A program made the position numbers and the translations under genes. This document shows positions 39,908 through 52,875 of a DNA stretch of 64,000 nucleotides, one piece after another. The stretch is from contig CM119267.1 of assembly GCA_051294375.1 (NCBI GenBank), positions 1,185,601 to 1,249,600 of the forward strand, read 5' to 3'. The notes beneath the pieces were generated by a model, which was not told the origin of the DNA, ran no database searches, and saw only the letters and a program-made list of their open reading frames with translations. How positions within the stretch are numbered: the stretch's first letter is position 1; each line of letters opens with the position of its first letter. Source of the stretch: Paraspadella gotoi. Taxonomy: Eukaryota; Animalia; Chaetognatha.

Positions 39908-42900
39908 CTATCGAGACGAGGCTGACTACCGACAGCAGTGAGGCAGCTTTTATTCGTGCTGCCACACAGTTTGTGGATTCCTTTCGCTCGTTTAAAATTA
40001 GCTCGCGGAATTATCACTTTATAATATCTAACTGCCAGTCATGGTCAGCTTTCTCATTTATTATTATTTTATTTTCTCTCTCTCTCTCACTTATGTAAAT
40101 TAAGTGTGATAAAAACCGCTATGGTTACCGAGAAAGTGAGAGAAAGAGAGAAAGAGAGAAAGAAAGAAAGAGAAAGTAAGAGATTAGAGAAAGAAAGATA
40201 AAGAAATACTTAAGAAGGTAACAAGATCATAGAAAAAGAAACGGACAATTTTTTTTAATCGAGTTATTTTTCGCTAAAAAGTAGAATTTACCATAAAAAA
40301 AATACTTTATGGCTTTAAAAAAATAGCGTACTGTTTAATTACCTGTTTTTCGGTTTTACCGATCTTAAATTTTTTTCAGAATATTCATTTGCGTTTAGAG
40401 CGGGTTTTAACTAATTTTTAAAAAAACTTATGTATCCCAATAATAAATTTTAAAAAGCTATCTGATTTGGCTTGATGCTAGTTGTTTCGAGTCAAGCTTA
40501 CGAACTGATAGTGCAAACTAATGATTGCATGAGCTGCGACGACAACGCATGGGATGCCGTGTCAGTCGCCGCCGGAAATCAAACGCTAATAAAGACGAAC
40601 GAAGATCTGGCGGCAACGACAGAAACGTCAACCGGCGACTCGATCCCACGGAAGGCCACGCCTACTTGGATCTCGTGCGCAAAACGTGGCGTCAATTGAC
40701 GCGCGGCGAATCAGATGAGACTGACCCGCGTCGCATTAGACATCGCAATCAAAACAAACGTGGGTTGCGACGAGGCCAAGCCAGAGCCGGACAGGGCAGC
40801 GCCAACGCGAGACNNNNNNNNNNGCCACAGTCCATCGGGACAACGCCGCGGACCGACCCGCCAAACTCGAAAAGTTGGCGCCGAAACTCCGCAAAAACTT
40901 TGAGAAGGAAATGGGAAAGGACGATTGGAAATCAAAGGATAAGACTAAGTCGATCCATGATCTGTTTGGAGAGAAAGACGCCGCCGCCACACTCGCCGCC
41001 GTCGACGACCTCGTCAACGCCTCTGGCGACGAGGCACGCCTCAATCTCGCCTTTAATGCTCTCAGCGAGAGAGTCTGCGAGGCGAAAAAGGCCGAGCCGG
41101 GTGGGCTCTTCGCCTACAAGTCCGTGGAGGACGTCCTTGCCGGAATGAGAATCGCGTTCATCATGATGCTCGACGATAATGCTAGGGTATACGGGGGTTA
41201 GGGGGTGGGGAGAGGAAGAAGAATAATCCATGTTGCTTTACAAAATGGAATACAATATTGATTAAAAACGTCGAATATGGGTTCAAGACCCGAATGGCTC
41301 TGATTTCCAGTATCGACCGCTCTCTTGTTCTCTGCAGTACAGGTATCAATGTGATAAATGTTTTTGCCATCAGCGAGTCAGGTTTTGATTTGTTTGAACA
41401 AAGAATATTAGAGGGTCTGTCCACTTTTAGTAAAAAGGTTTGCCCCAGCTTTGGCAATTGCTGGGTCACCCCTGGAACATAGGGCAACGTGGCATAAGGA
41501 CGAAGCTGTATGTTGTCCTTATTGTGAAATGGGATTTGTGTTGTATTGTTTGACTCTCACCTGCTCTCTCTCTCTCTCTCTCTCACTTTTCCCCCTCATT
41601 TCACTTTTACTACATGTACCCTGAACGATGATCTGTCAATTAAGATCGAAATATTGGTCTTCAATAAAAATAAATTCTAAACCCAAATTCGACGTTTTTA
41701 ATCAATATTTAAACAGTGCTTATGGAATACAATATTATTTATTTGGAGAGAAACTTGGAAATTACAAGTTAAGTTAAGTCTAAACGAAGTTTGTTTTTTC
41801 ATATTTTGGGTTTTGCCACATTATTATCTGTAAAAACTCTCCTCTAATTTTAAGGGATGGATATCTATCATTGCCTATAGCCAGGAGAAAAGATCACTTT
41901 TTTAAATGAACAGATAATTTGGTGTTACTTATTTTATAAAACAAAATTTTTTATCCTAATGATAAATTAATGACAAAGTCCATGTAAATCATTATCCATG
42001 GAATAAGTTTTATAATAAATTTCATATTTTTTAAAATCCTTGTAAGTTATACCGAATATCATAATGAAATTTCCCTCACGCCCTAACCACAGGGGGGCAA
42101 AATGGATTTCGCCTCCTTCAATTCCTGGGCCAAATTCATGGACGATAGTTGCGCGGGAATTCTGGAGGCTTATTGGAAAATGCAGAGCGAGTCGGGAATT
42201 CTCTCTTCGATTGGTCAAGCGGGCATAGGATTCATCAGGGACAACTTTTGGAACATCCTCTCCGCCCTATGCCAGATGGGGCTTTATTACTGGAGGGCCA
42301 GGCGGGAATTAGAAGTCACGCGGGCGACGGGCGCATCGGGCGCCTCGGGCGCCTCGGGCGCCCGGGCGCGAGTAAGTCGGGCCAAAATTGATCACTTTTA
42401 TCATTCGGAGTTCTGTAATATAAAATTCATTTGTCCATCATATACTTAATAAATATTTATTATTGCTGTTTTAACTAGTGAAGCACAGAATAACTTTGAA
42501 AGCATTTAAATATTTATCAATGCATAGGCAATGAAAAAATTAATTTGTAGAAATTGTATTTTTTAAGAACGGATTCAGATAGCCCATAAAAAGTTGTCTT
42601 CTCAAAGTATAATTCGTTTGTCAATATTTCGATGATAAATGGGTTAAATAAAGGAAAACCCTTAAAAATCATCATCATTATCATACCATTATTTTTATAG
42701 CTTTTGCTAATTTTAACCGATAAAACATGAAAATCTTGAAGTTTTGTAATAATATTTTTTATTTATTTTTTCATGTTCTACCAGAATACGTTTTTAAAAA
42801 TTCTAAATTAAAAAAAAAAAGAAATTACGATTTATAGTAATACTGTAGTCGGGCATTGCATAAGTTCACCCCGCTTATAAGCATGACACATTCGGTCGTG

Positions 42901-43380
42901 ACCCGGTGGCTCATTGAGTAAAGCCATCAGCTCATGACCACTAGGTACCGGGTTCAATCCCAACCCAGTACCTACCCTACGGGAAGCGTGAGGACGGTCG
43001 TCCGTGGAAATCCCTCAAGCCTGGTTTCAAGCCCAGGACCCATTCCATGGCTGCTAGAGGGGGTTAAAGAAGTTGCGGATAGCACTCTTCAGCCCCCTTA
43101 CCCACAATACAATAAACTTCAAATGCTTCTGTTATTAACTATACATAAAATCTTAAATTGGATGCTCTAACGTTATTTATATTATAGAACTTAGTTTTTA
43201 CCTTATTCCGCCTTAGCCGCGAGGTCTGCACCCAGTATTGCATGCAACGCCCGGGCGCTGGAAGAGGGGGACCGCAGAACCAGCCGGCGCCCTACGTGCA
43301 GCAGCAACGATGGCCTAATAATGGAAGGGAAAGAATTCGTATTCGTATCGAAGCAAATCCCGACGCTTTTCTCGGGCCTT
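39908..43380 (+). CDS. Uncharacterised multi-exon gene or pseudogene (candidate exons ~39908-40043, 40480-41186 with N gap, 42093-42371, 43217-43380)
   Basis: GC-rich open segments with AG/GT borders; frame cannot be followed across the gap at 40814-40823. Confidence 0.45.
41245..41740. mobile_element. Penelope-like element remnant with degenerate hammerhead motif
   Basis: Minus-strand LPYVPGVT (PLE RT C-terminal motif); inverted repeat aatattgattaaaaacgtcgaat..gggtt / aaccc..attcgacgtttttaatcaatatt; direct repeat atggaatacaatatt on both sides; acc-CTGAACGA-tgatct..agatc-GAAA-tatt-ggt at 41618-41658. Confidence 0.7.
42900..43105 (+). mobile_element. tRNA-derived SINE-like element
   Basis: A-box-like tggctcattgagt, B box ggttcaatcc, then a GC-rich body. 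Confidence 0.55.
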
Positions 43381-43689
43381 AGATAAATGGACCATCTGGA
43401 AACGAATTTTTAAGATTTTTTGTATTTTTATGAATCCTTATTTTAGGAAAAATATATACTGTATATATGTACTGTATAGTCTTCAGCTTGTTATTGATTT
43501 TTACTCCCGTTGGCAGCGTTGGCTGCACTATAGCAGGGGGGAAGCAAATTCATAAATATGGCTATACAGTATACACGATGATAAATTTGATCTATGGTAA
43601 ATCGACTTTTCTCGAATTATAAGTTTACATGATTAGTTTGATTACTGTAAGAGTAAGAATGTAAGTTATAAATTTGCTTAGTCAATTAG

Positions 43690-44550
43690 GAAATGGCAAA
43701 ATTTTAATTTCGCCGCCTGGAGTTTTGGTGTCTTTTGAAAAACCACTTTAAAATATTTATTAAAATTTTTTAAAAAAAATATTACTTAATTACCGTATCC
43801 TTAAACCCTAAACCCTCTTAACCCTAACCAACCTTAACCCTAAACCACCGCTAGACCACCTTTAACCCTAAAACCCCCCTTAACCCCCTGTCGGTGAAAA
43901 TAAAATTAAAATTAAACCTAGGAAATTACAGCGTCTGAATTATTAGCACTGCAAATTCATTCATTGGATTTATCACGATCGTAATAGTTTTTAACTTTAC
44001 TAGAGAGCACTAAAATTTTAGCGGCATAACTGACCAGAAACGTGCCAGTCGGTTATTTTTCTAATCGCATATATCATTACCGTGGTTTGATATTATAAGG
44101 AAATAAATAAAGTTTGGTTTGGGTTAGGAGTGGCTAGGGTTAATTAGGCCTTAACTTAAAGTTAATGGTGGTTTTTGGTTACGTTCAAGGTAGGTTGGGT
44201 TAATATTTGAAAAACTATTATTTTTTTTCTAAAAATTTTTTTTTACATTTGTGCTTATAAGCAGAATAAAAAATCACCGACCGGGAAGATCCTAAATGGT
44301 TGAATATTCAATTTTAACCTTAACGGCTTATTTTTACATTCGCCGACTGGAATTTTGCGGTTGGTTATTTATTTTTCACTTCTTATGAGCATGTATCGGA
44401 ATTTCGTTACGGAAAAATTTAAAAAAAAAAAAAAAAAAAAAACTGGTAGTGGTATAAAAACTTTTTTTAAATTTTATTTCGAAACCTCCCCTAACCCTAA
44501 CTACCCCTAATCCCTAACCAGTAACCACCCTTAACCCAATTGCTAACCGT
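43690..44550. repeat. Interspersed repeat with degenerate telomere-like (taaccc) arrays; related copy ~31055-31205
   Basis: Shared ttttgg.gtcttttgaaaaac..ttacttaattacc followed by (ct)aaccc runs. Confidence 0.55.
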
Positions 44551-44655
44551 TTAAAATGATAACATCAAAATATTGTTTTTCCTTTTTTTCGTTGCCTTAT
44601 TTTTTGAGTTGGAAAATGAATTGTTTGTTTACATACGAATTTTATTAAGAAATAA

Positions 44656-44700
44656 AAATTTCGGACATGTTTCGGTTTCAATGTAAGCCTTCATCAGCGC
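44656..44700 (-). ncRNA. Minimal type I hammerhead ribozyme motif (PLE type)
   Basis: gcg-CTGATGA-aggcttacattgaaacc-GAAA-catGTC-cg on the minus strand. Confidence 0.7.
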
Positions 44701-44799
44701 AAAAACGTATTGATTTGTGAAACAAATATTTTTACAGACTCTCTCTTTTCAAACTTCAAAGTCTGTAAAAATATTTGTTTCACAAATCAATTCATTTTT

Positions 44800-44844
44800 G
44801 CGCTGACGAAGGCTTACATTGAAGCCGAAACATGTCCGAAATTT
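44800..44844 (+). ncRNA. Minimal type I hammerhead ribozyme motif (PLE type)
   Basis: gcg-CTGACGA(44803-44809)-a-ggctt/aagcc stem II-GAAA(44827-44830)-palindromic acatgt stem III-GTC cleavage site (44834-44836). Confidence 0.8.
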
Positions 44845-45619
44845 GTTTTATTTTCTACCTCAAACATATAAAATAAAATAAAATAAATTTAAATTTATTA
44901 TTAATTATCAAAATTATATAAATTTGTATTACTGCACAAAAAAAGTATATATTAACTTACTTTGAACTATAACATAATCATTACCTAAACGTTAATAATA
45001 ATAACAATAATTACAAATATAAAAAAGTTATGATATCTGAATTCCTTTAGTTTTTTGGGTTTTTTTTTTTTTTTTGAGAAATTATCCTCTTCCCGTTCTG
45101 TTTTGTTCCTCTTCTTTTTTCGTTAATTTATTAAGAAAAACCTTGCTCTTTATTTTCCCATAGACCTCTAGGAATGCCCAGGAATGCCAGGAATGCCCTT
45201 TGATCCTTGGCAAACAAGGGAATCGTCTGATTTCCCTGATTGGATTCTATCAATCTACGTTTTCCTTCTGCTCTCAACATTTTGAGGGCAGCAATTTGCC
45301 CATTGTCGTCGTCGTCGTCGTCTCTGTCNNNNNNNNNNCCCATTGTCGTCGTCGTCGTCGTCGTCGTCTCTGTCTCCCGCCGAGATTTCATTCTGTCTCC
45401 GCAGTCAAAAAGGCTGCTGCAGCTGCTGTTCTGACGACTGCGGCCTCTGCTGCCCAAAAGCAGCCGCTTTAACTGTTTCAAACTTTTGATTCTTGAGAAT
45501 CCTCGCTTTTCCTTAACTCTTGTTTTTCCTTTGTTTTCCTCCTTTGTTTTGTTCCCAAAAACAGAATAACAACAACGGCTTTGGCTCGATAACCAAAAAG
45601 AAGAATTGTTATTATTATA

Positions 45620-45651
<32 letters not shown>

Positions 45652-45738
45652 TACTATTATTATTATTATTATTATTCTCTTCCAAAACTTAAAAAAAAAC
45701 CTTTTCTTCTCGAACTAAAAAACTTCAAATCATCAGAA

Positions 45739-47525
45739 ATGAACTTCGCCTACCTTCCCATGGGCTCCATGCAGCTCGGACCCAACGGGGAATTGTTCCC
45801 GACTTCCCTCCCGTCCTCGCCGCTCCCCGCCGCTTCCTCGGTCAGGGGTCACCCTTCCGCTTACCACACTGTCGCCGCTCCCGCCCCGGCGCCAAACGGA
45901 TCCTCCTCCTCCGCCGCCGCTAACTGGAAGATGACGGATTTGGCGCCGCTTTACTCGGCGGCGCCACACGGCTTCGCTCTCGTGGAACCCATGACCGTCT
46001 CTTCATCCGGACATCACGCCGTTATGCCCATGACCGTTGCAGGTATAGGGATTCAGGAAGGTTGGTGGGGGGGGGAATCAATTATAGTTATTAGTTAATT
46101 AATGCGGTAATAATAGTATTTACAACTTTGTCGTAAAATTGTCAAGGAGGGAAATCGGATTTCATAATACTTAGTCGTCATATGCTTGTTTGATTTCAAT
46201 GACATTAAGTGACCATAGTTTAAAAAAAAAAACTCTCTCCTTTCCCAGGGCTCGACGGCCAACTGGTTGAACCTCTTCAAGCGCAACCAGTAGCGATGCC
46301 CGTCGCTCAGTCTCAAATTCCAAAAGACGACGATGACGACGACGACAATGAAGCGAACGAAAAGAAGCAGCACCATGAACTCAAAACCATGTTGCAAATG
46401 AAGCAAGAAGAGTTAAAGCCATTGCCGCAGTTCAACCTTCAAGTCGTTCATCCACAACATATGACGCAGCAACATTTTGCCACGGATCAGCTTCATCCCG
46501 TTTCAAACTCAGTTCGACAAATTGAGCAGCGGACGCTTTTGCCACCACAGCAACAGCAGCAAGGAGAACAGCGACAGCAAGAATCTCAACCCACGAGTTT
46601 TTGGCACACGCGGCTGCCTGTGGAGAGGGACTCGTCTAACTCCTCCGCGGGACCCCTCCTCAAAAACAACAACAACGACGACGACGACGACGACAATGAG
46701 GTCGTTGATGTCAAGAATCGTCACGTTTGTCAAATTTGTCGCAAGACGTTTCGTAGTCAAGGAAACTTGAAGCGGCACAACAAAGACTTTCACGAAAGAA
46801 GGAACGATCGAGTCACTTATCATTGCGATTTGTGTCGTAAAGATTTTCAGAACCGATATAACCTCAGGCGCCATAGACTCGGTGTCCACGGCTCTGAAGA
46901 ACCCAAGAGTCGAAGCGTGCTTTGCCCTGTCTGCGGCAAGGCCTTCATCTATGCCGACAATCTCAAGCGTCACAAACGAAACGTCCACGGCCTCGCGGAC
47001 GAGCCCGGAGGGCCGCGAATGACCCAGACGGGTCTCGAGGAAGAGGACGGCCCCGACGACGATTCCGCCGCGTCGGAGGAGGCTCGTTTCGTTTGCGGAA
47101 TTTGCCAAAAAGACTTGCTCAACCAGAGCAACCTCAAACGACACGTCCAATCCGTCCACAAGAACGCCCGTCTTCTCTACGGATGCGACGAATGTGAGAA
47201 AACCTTCGCCACCATCGCCAACTATCGACGCCACAAACTCGTCGCCCACGCCCACGCCCACGGGAGAGTCGTCTTCGAGTGCCCGGCATGCGGCAAGGCC
47301 TTCTCCACCAAGGACGCTCTCGATCGACACTCGGCGAGCGTGCACGCCTCGCCGGGCAAGGGTCTCGCCGTTCTGCCTGCCGACAGTACGACCGCGTCGT
47401 CGGCGTTCAGACAGGCGGCGCAACAGGCGCCCAAACTGGCGGCGGAACAGGCGCTTAAACATGCGATACAACAGGCGAAGGAACAGGCGTTTAAACAGGC
47501 GCACGGTCATTCCCTCGGCGTTTGA
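45739..47525 (+). CDS. C2H2 zinc-finger protein (6 fingers); exons 45739-46042, 46249-47525
   Basis: Six CxxC..HxxxxH fingers (CQIC, CDLC, CPVC, CGIC, CDEC, CPAC); phase-1 intron keeps frame. Confidence 0.88.
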
Positions 47526-48301
47526 ATTCCAACTATTTTTACGGTAGAGATAGAAACGATTTCTCTCGTTTGATATTCGATTTATATTGATAACGTATTC
47601 GATGATATTCTTCAATTTCTGATTTTTCGCTTTGTTCTTGTTTTCAGATTTAAAGATTTATTGTTAGGTATGACTCTCATTTGGCTTTTCTATTGTTTGA
47701 TGCTGTAAAGAAAGTGTTAAAAATTTTTATATAATGTTAAAAATTTCGTTAGGAAAATTACTTAATTTCCATGAGTGAAGTGAAACTTGTTTGTTTAGAA
47801 GCCGGCCTTAACCAGATAGTTTTAACATAAAAATCACTATGAATGTATTTCTTTTCATTGAAATTTAATATTCGTTACAAAAATTTTATTACAATTTAAT
47901 TTCGCGTTTACACGATTCGTTTTTCTTATTTATTACTTTTCGTTAATAACGACCAGTTAATCAATTAGCCAATTCGCGGAGCAGTTATCTTAGTTCCTCT
48001 TACACAAAGGACCCTTAACCTATAGTACCGTCTCTTTGAATCGGCCGTCTTTCATTCTCCTATCCCTTTTTCCTTTCCCAATAACTTTGAAGTGGCGTGT
48101 CCCCGATAAAACGATGCTTTACCTCCCAATTTCTATTTATATCGAAACGACTTTTTTTTCCCTTCGATAATTTTTTTTTTCTTCGCTTCGAGTTTCGACT
48201 AAAAAAGAAAAATTCAGAAAAAGCGAAAGAAAAAAAAAGAAGCGGAAATCGAAGTTGGCCGTTTCTTGTGGGAGATTTCTCCGGTTTATTACGAAGAAGG
48301 A

Positions 48302-50502
48302 ATGAAAAACGGTAAAAAGTCCAAGGCTAGCCCCGCCCGGATCGGCACGGTGCCCAACTGGTGGCCGATGCCTCCCGTGCAGGGGGCACCCATGGGGCCG
48401 GGTATGTACTCCCCCACGGGCATCAACGGGTATCGCTTTCCTACGGCCTCCGCCACGACGGGCGCTTCTTTTCCCATGTCGTCGGGCTTCATGGGGTCGG
48501 CCATGTCGCTTTCGGCTTACTCTCCCTATTTCTCCGGGGTTCCGCCTTATCCCATGTACGGCGGAGCGCAGGCCGCCGCGGCGCTCTTGGCCAATCCGCG
48601 GCCCTCATTCGCAGCCTCGGGAGACAGCGCGCCAAGGTCCGAACGCCGTCGAAGTCCCAAAGATTCATCGGACGAACCGAAAGCGAAGAAATCGGCGCCG
48701 AATGGGGACGACGCCAGGAATGTCGACGCCGCAAATCAGAAAGCGGAGCCAATAGACGAAAAGAATCTCACGTCCGTAACCGCGCCGGACGATGGAGCAG
48801 CTACAAAGCCACAGGAAAGCTGCGAACCAGCGACCAGGCAGCCCGAAGTTGGCAGATCATCGAGCAAGGAAACTGTCGAACCCACGAAAGCGTCGAATTA
48901 TCTTGAGACCAATCAACAAACATCACCCGTACCTGACAAGCATTCGTCCGTTGCCGAAACGAGCCAGCTAGAAGTCAAGGTCACGCGAATTTCTCAGCAG
49001 TCAGTTTCCAGCGATTTTAGTCATTTAGCATCACAGCAGCCCTCATCCAGCGGTTCAACTTCTTATGATAATACCCAGCACGCAAATTCCAGAGATTCCA
49101 AGGAGTCAATTACATATTCCAAGCAACAGCACAGTCCTTACCCTTTTCAGCAGTCGACCTCCAGCTCTTCCAAGCAGCCGCCCTTGATCTCAAGTCGGCC
49201 CATTTTTCCAACGCCAGGATTTTCGCCTTCTCGATTTCCCGTTCCGCCGAGTTTCCCTTTCTACCCAGGAATGTCCCGCTATCCCATGGCGTCGTTAATG
49301 ATTCCTCCGATGGCAACGCCGCTCCCGCCCTCTATGTCAGCGCCCATGTCGACACAAATGACTCCCATGATGGCTTCCTCTTTGTCTTCTATGCCGTCAC
49401 CCATGCCTTCTCCCATGCCTTCTCCCATGCCATCTTCGGGACTCATGTACAACCCTTATCTTCCGCATATTCAGTCTCCAGCTTCTTGTTTTCCTCGCGC
49501 CGGATATTCGACGCCGACGACGCCGTTTTCCGCTGACGCGACGCCGACCGACGACGCCGCCGGTTCATCGAGCGCAGAGGAGGAAGCAGAGAAAAGCGCC
49601 GCAGCCGGAAAAGGATCTCCCGGCGGCGCAGAGATCGGAGGAGTCGCAGAAGAGGACGCCTCCTCCGCCGATGACGCTTACGACGACGAAAAGGCAAACG
49701 ACGACCAAAGCTCTTCCTCCAAAGATGAAGACGCCGATTTGGACGACGACGACGACGACGACAACGGCGGAGGCGAAAAAGACGAAGATGACGGAGTCAA
49801 AAAAGAGGACGAGACGGAAGGAGAACGAAAAGGTTATCCTTGCGAATCTTGTCCAAAAGTCTTCATGGCCAAACACTCCCTCAAGCGCCACGTCAAAGAG
49901 GTTAGGATGGGTTACGTATACAATAGGTGAAGGACATTAAAAATATTTTGTATTTATTCTTATTATTATTATTTTCTTTCTTTCCCAGATTCACGAAGGG
50001 ATTCGCTTCCAGTGCCCCAACTGCTTCGAGTGTTACACGCGAATGACGAGCTACAATCAACACGTCTGCGGAGCCAATTGGCGGAAGGCAAGTGCTGGGC
50101 TCACGAGGACAGACTCGCACTGTTTTAAAAATATCGTTAAAAATACGTACCATTTCGTAATTCTGTTTCACTCATCACTCAGTTAAAAGACGAAGCCGTC
50201 AGGGAAGCCTTTCTCTCCAAAAGCGAAAAACCAATCTGTTCCATTTGTGGGAAACTTTGTCTGAACAAAGTAACGTTAAAGAGACACTTTCAAGAGGTGA
50301 GCCCTTAGGTGGCCTTTAGCTCAAACCTTCGGCCTCAATCTATTCTAATCTCGGTTTTTAGGTCCACGAAAAACTCCGGTTTTCTTGTCCTCTTTGCGGC
50401 GAATCTTATTATAGGATCGACAGCTACAGATCCCACGTTTGCGGATCGAAAAAGGCCAAACTTGGCACTGACGATTTTAGAGGTGATGTGAGCATAATTT
50501 GA
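48302..50502 (+). CDS. Zinc-finger protein with Pro/Ser/Met-rich N-terminus and two C2H2+C2HC finger pairs; exons ~48302-49900, 49989-50087, 50183-50296, 50362-50502
   Basis: CESC..HVKE|IH, CPNC..HVC, CSIC..HFQE|VH, CPLC..HVC after splicing; intron 2 is GC-AG. Confidence 0.8.
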
Positions 50503-52039
50503 TCGTTTTGTGATTTTGGGGCTTTAGTTTAAGTAGACGAGAATCTCGCTTAAAAAAAAATTCAACATTTTTCTAATAGAGAATTCCGTTCAAATCTGAC
50601 TACCCAAATTGCAAATGCGTTTGCCAGAAATTCGGTTAAAAACACTTGTAAAAACACACGATTCCGAGAGCGTTACATCTGAAGAGCTTGTCCTATTCAT
50701 TTTATGGCATTTGATAAAGGATTTAATATCAAACAAGCCAGGGAAATGCACTACTCATCTCCGGAGAATTTTCAAACCTCATTTTTACTATAGAAATGAA
50801 AGGAAAGTTTACAAACTTAAAATTGCAAACGGGATTGCTATATGTTCCTGTTACATGAGCGACTTCGAATTTCGCGATTCTGATAGCTTTGTGTCTGAAG
50901 AGCTTGTCCTATTTTTCTTTTTTCATTTTATAATGATTTTGACATAAAATGATCAGGTTTAAATGAAATAGTCCGGTTTGAATCGCGAAATTTTTATTTA
51001 AAAAGAAATTAAAAGGAAGGTCTAGAAAAAAACTGATTTTTCCTAATATCTTTTGAAGGAATAAAGATAAAGGGATGGTAATAGTACCAAAATGAAGCCA
51101 TAATCATAGGGCACATACAAGATACAATTTTAGAATTACTTATGCTGAAACCTCCTTACAGGGTGAGTGTCAAACTAAGTCAAAATTATAATGAATTTTA
51201 AAACTAATGACACCCCATAAGAATAAATGAAAATTTAATTCTTTGTAATGATTCTGAAAGAAAAAAGGCTAAATTGTACTCTAGTAAAACTTTAAAGTTT
51301 TTTGGATAAAGAAATTGTGAATTTTTTTCACTTAAATATTTGCTTGTCTGATTTTACAAGCATGCTTACAAAATTCTACAAAATATTATTCACCCCATCA
51401 CAGCCTAAGTATTTATCTTTCTTTTCCACCAGCAAAAAGTAAACATTATTTTATGCTAGAGAACAGGGATGTTTACTGAAATGAGCCGGAAGACATTCAA
51501 CTTCTTCACTTTACTGTCATTTTTCAATAATAAAATAGGCGAATTTTTTACTTATTTAACTCTCACAGGCTTCACAAGACATTATACTTTCATAATATCC
51601 CAATGTTAATGTAATTTATTATATTTTTTACCCAGAAATCATAAAATAACAGAAAGTTGTGGATTCCCTTCGCTCGTTTAAGAAAAAAAAATTAACTAGC
51701 GGAATTATAAGTTTGTAAGAGGAAGTCAGAATCGGCGAAAATCTTAAAAGGCGAGAATGTTGAAAAAAAGGGGTGGAATTTTGATGGGTTTCCTAAGATT
51801 TCTCCACAATGTGAGGTCCAATTAAAGCGAAACTTGAGATTTACAATATTCCCGTCATTCCACATCTATCGATATAAAAATATAAGAAAAAAGTCACTGG
51901 CTTCTTTTTCTATAGCGGCTTCCTAGTTTAAGGGATAGATAGATTGATTAATTAATTGATTGATTAATCTCGGAAGCAGTTTTGATTTTTCATTCAATTA
52001 TTGTCGATTGTTTAAATATAAACTCCAACCCATTGACAG

Positions 52040-52829
52040 CCAAGTGGAAGCAACCCTCGCAATTCGGACCCGCCGAAGCCTTAGCCGCCGCCGCCGCCAT
52101 GGGTTCTCTCCGCTGTCCTTTCAGCCGGGGCACAACTTTTAAAGACTCGGCCGCCGCTACGGCCGCGACAGTCGGGGCCGGGTGGGCGCGGCTCGCCAAG
52201 GATACCCCCGCCGCCAAGGCAAAAAATGGAGGGGGAAATTAATAATTATTATTAATTATAATACTTTATTATAATTGGTCTTGCTATGAAAACTTTTTCT
52301 TTTAATATTTACTTTTGCCAGATGTTTTTTTGTTTATCTCAATGACTCTGTCTCTAGTTAAAGAAGACAAAAGACAGTAACCCGTATTTAGCATTTAAAA
52401 TTTTTCATTTTCAATCTTTAAAAAAAGGAATATACTATTTAATTGTTTCCGCGATAATCTATTGTCCTCAGAAACCAGCCGAGGCTTCAAAGTCTGCAGA
52501 GAAACCATCATCTCTTCCTTTGATCTCCGACTCTGAATCCGCGCGGAGCTGCATCGTCCGTCAGTTGGATCAAGAGGACGTCGGCCTTGAGACGCTCATC
52601 CCATTTGTCTACAGGTTGGGCGGCCTGGTGGGGATTTACATTTTGGGTTGATCAGATTGAGAGGTGTAAGCATTAGCTAAAATAAAAGGAGACAGGATTT
52701 GATCTCGTGACTTTAGAGGTCGCAGTCTCAATCGCTACCATTACGCCATCGGGCGTAATTACAAATTGATATCATAAAGTTCAACATATTTAGTCAATTG
52801 ATAACTATTATTAATGTATTGTTCTTTTG

Positions 52830-52875
<46 letters not shown>

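Noticed and set aside
42900-42975. Functional tRNA genes (also ~16030-16099, 53364-53430)
   Set aside because: A/B boxes are present but acceptor and anticodon stems do not close; treated as tRNA-derived.
43795-43890. Telomere or telomere fusion site
   Set aside because: Short, degenerate taaccc units embedded in an interspersed repeat family.
45298-45375. Direct duplication cccattgtcgtc..tctctgtc
   Set aside because: It flanks an N gap and is probably an unmerged contig overlap.
46509-47615. Long antisense ORFs (also 54612-55322)
   Set aside because: Shadows of GC-rich coding sequence on the opposite strand.
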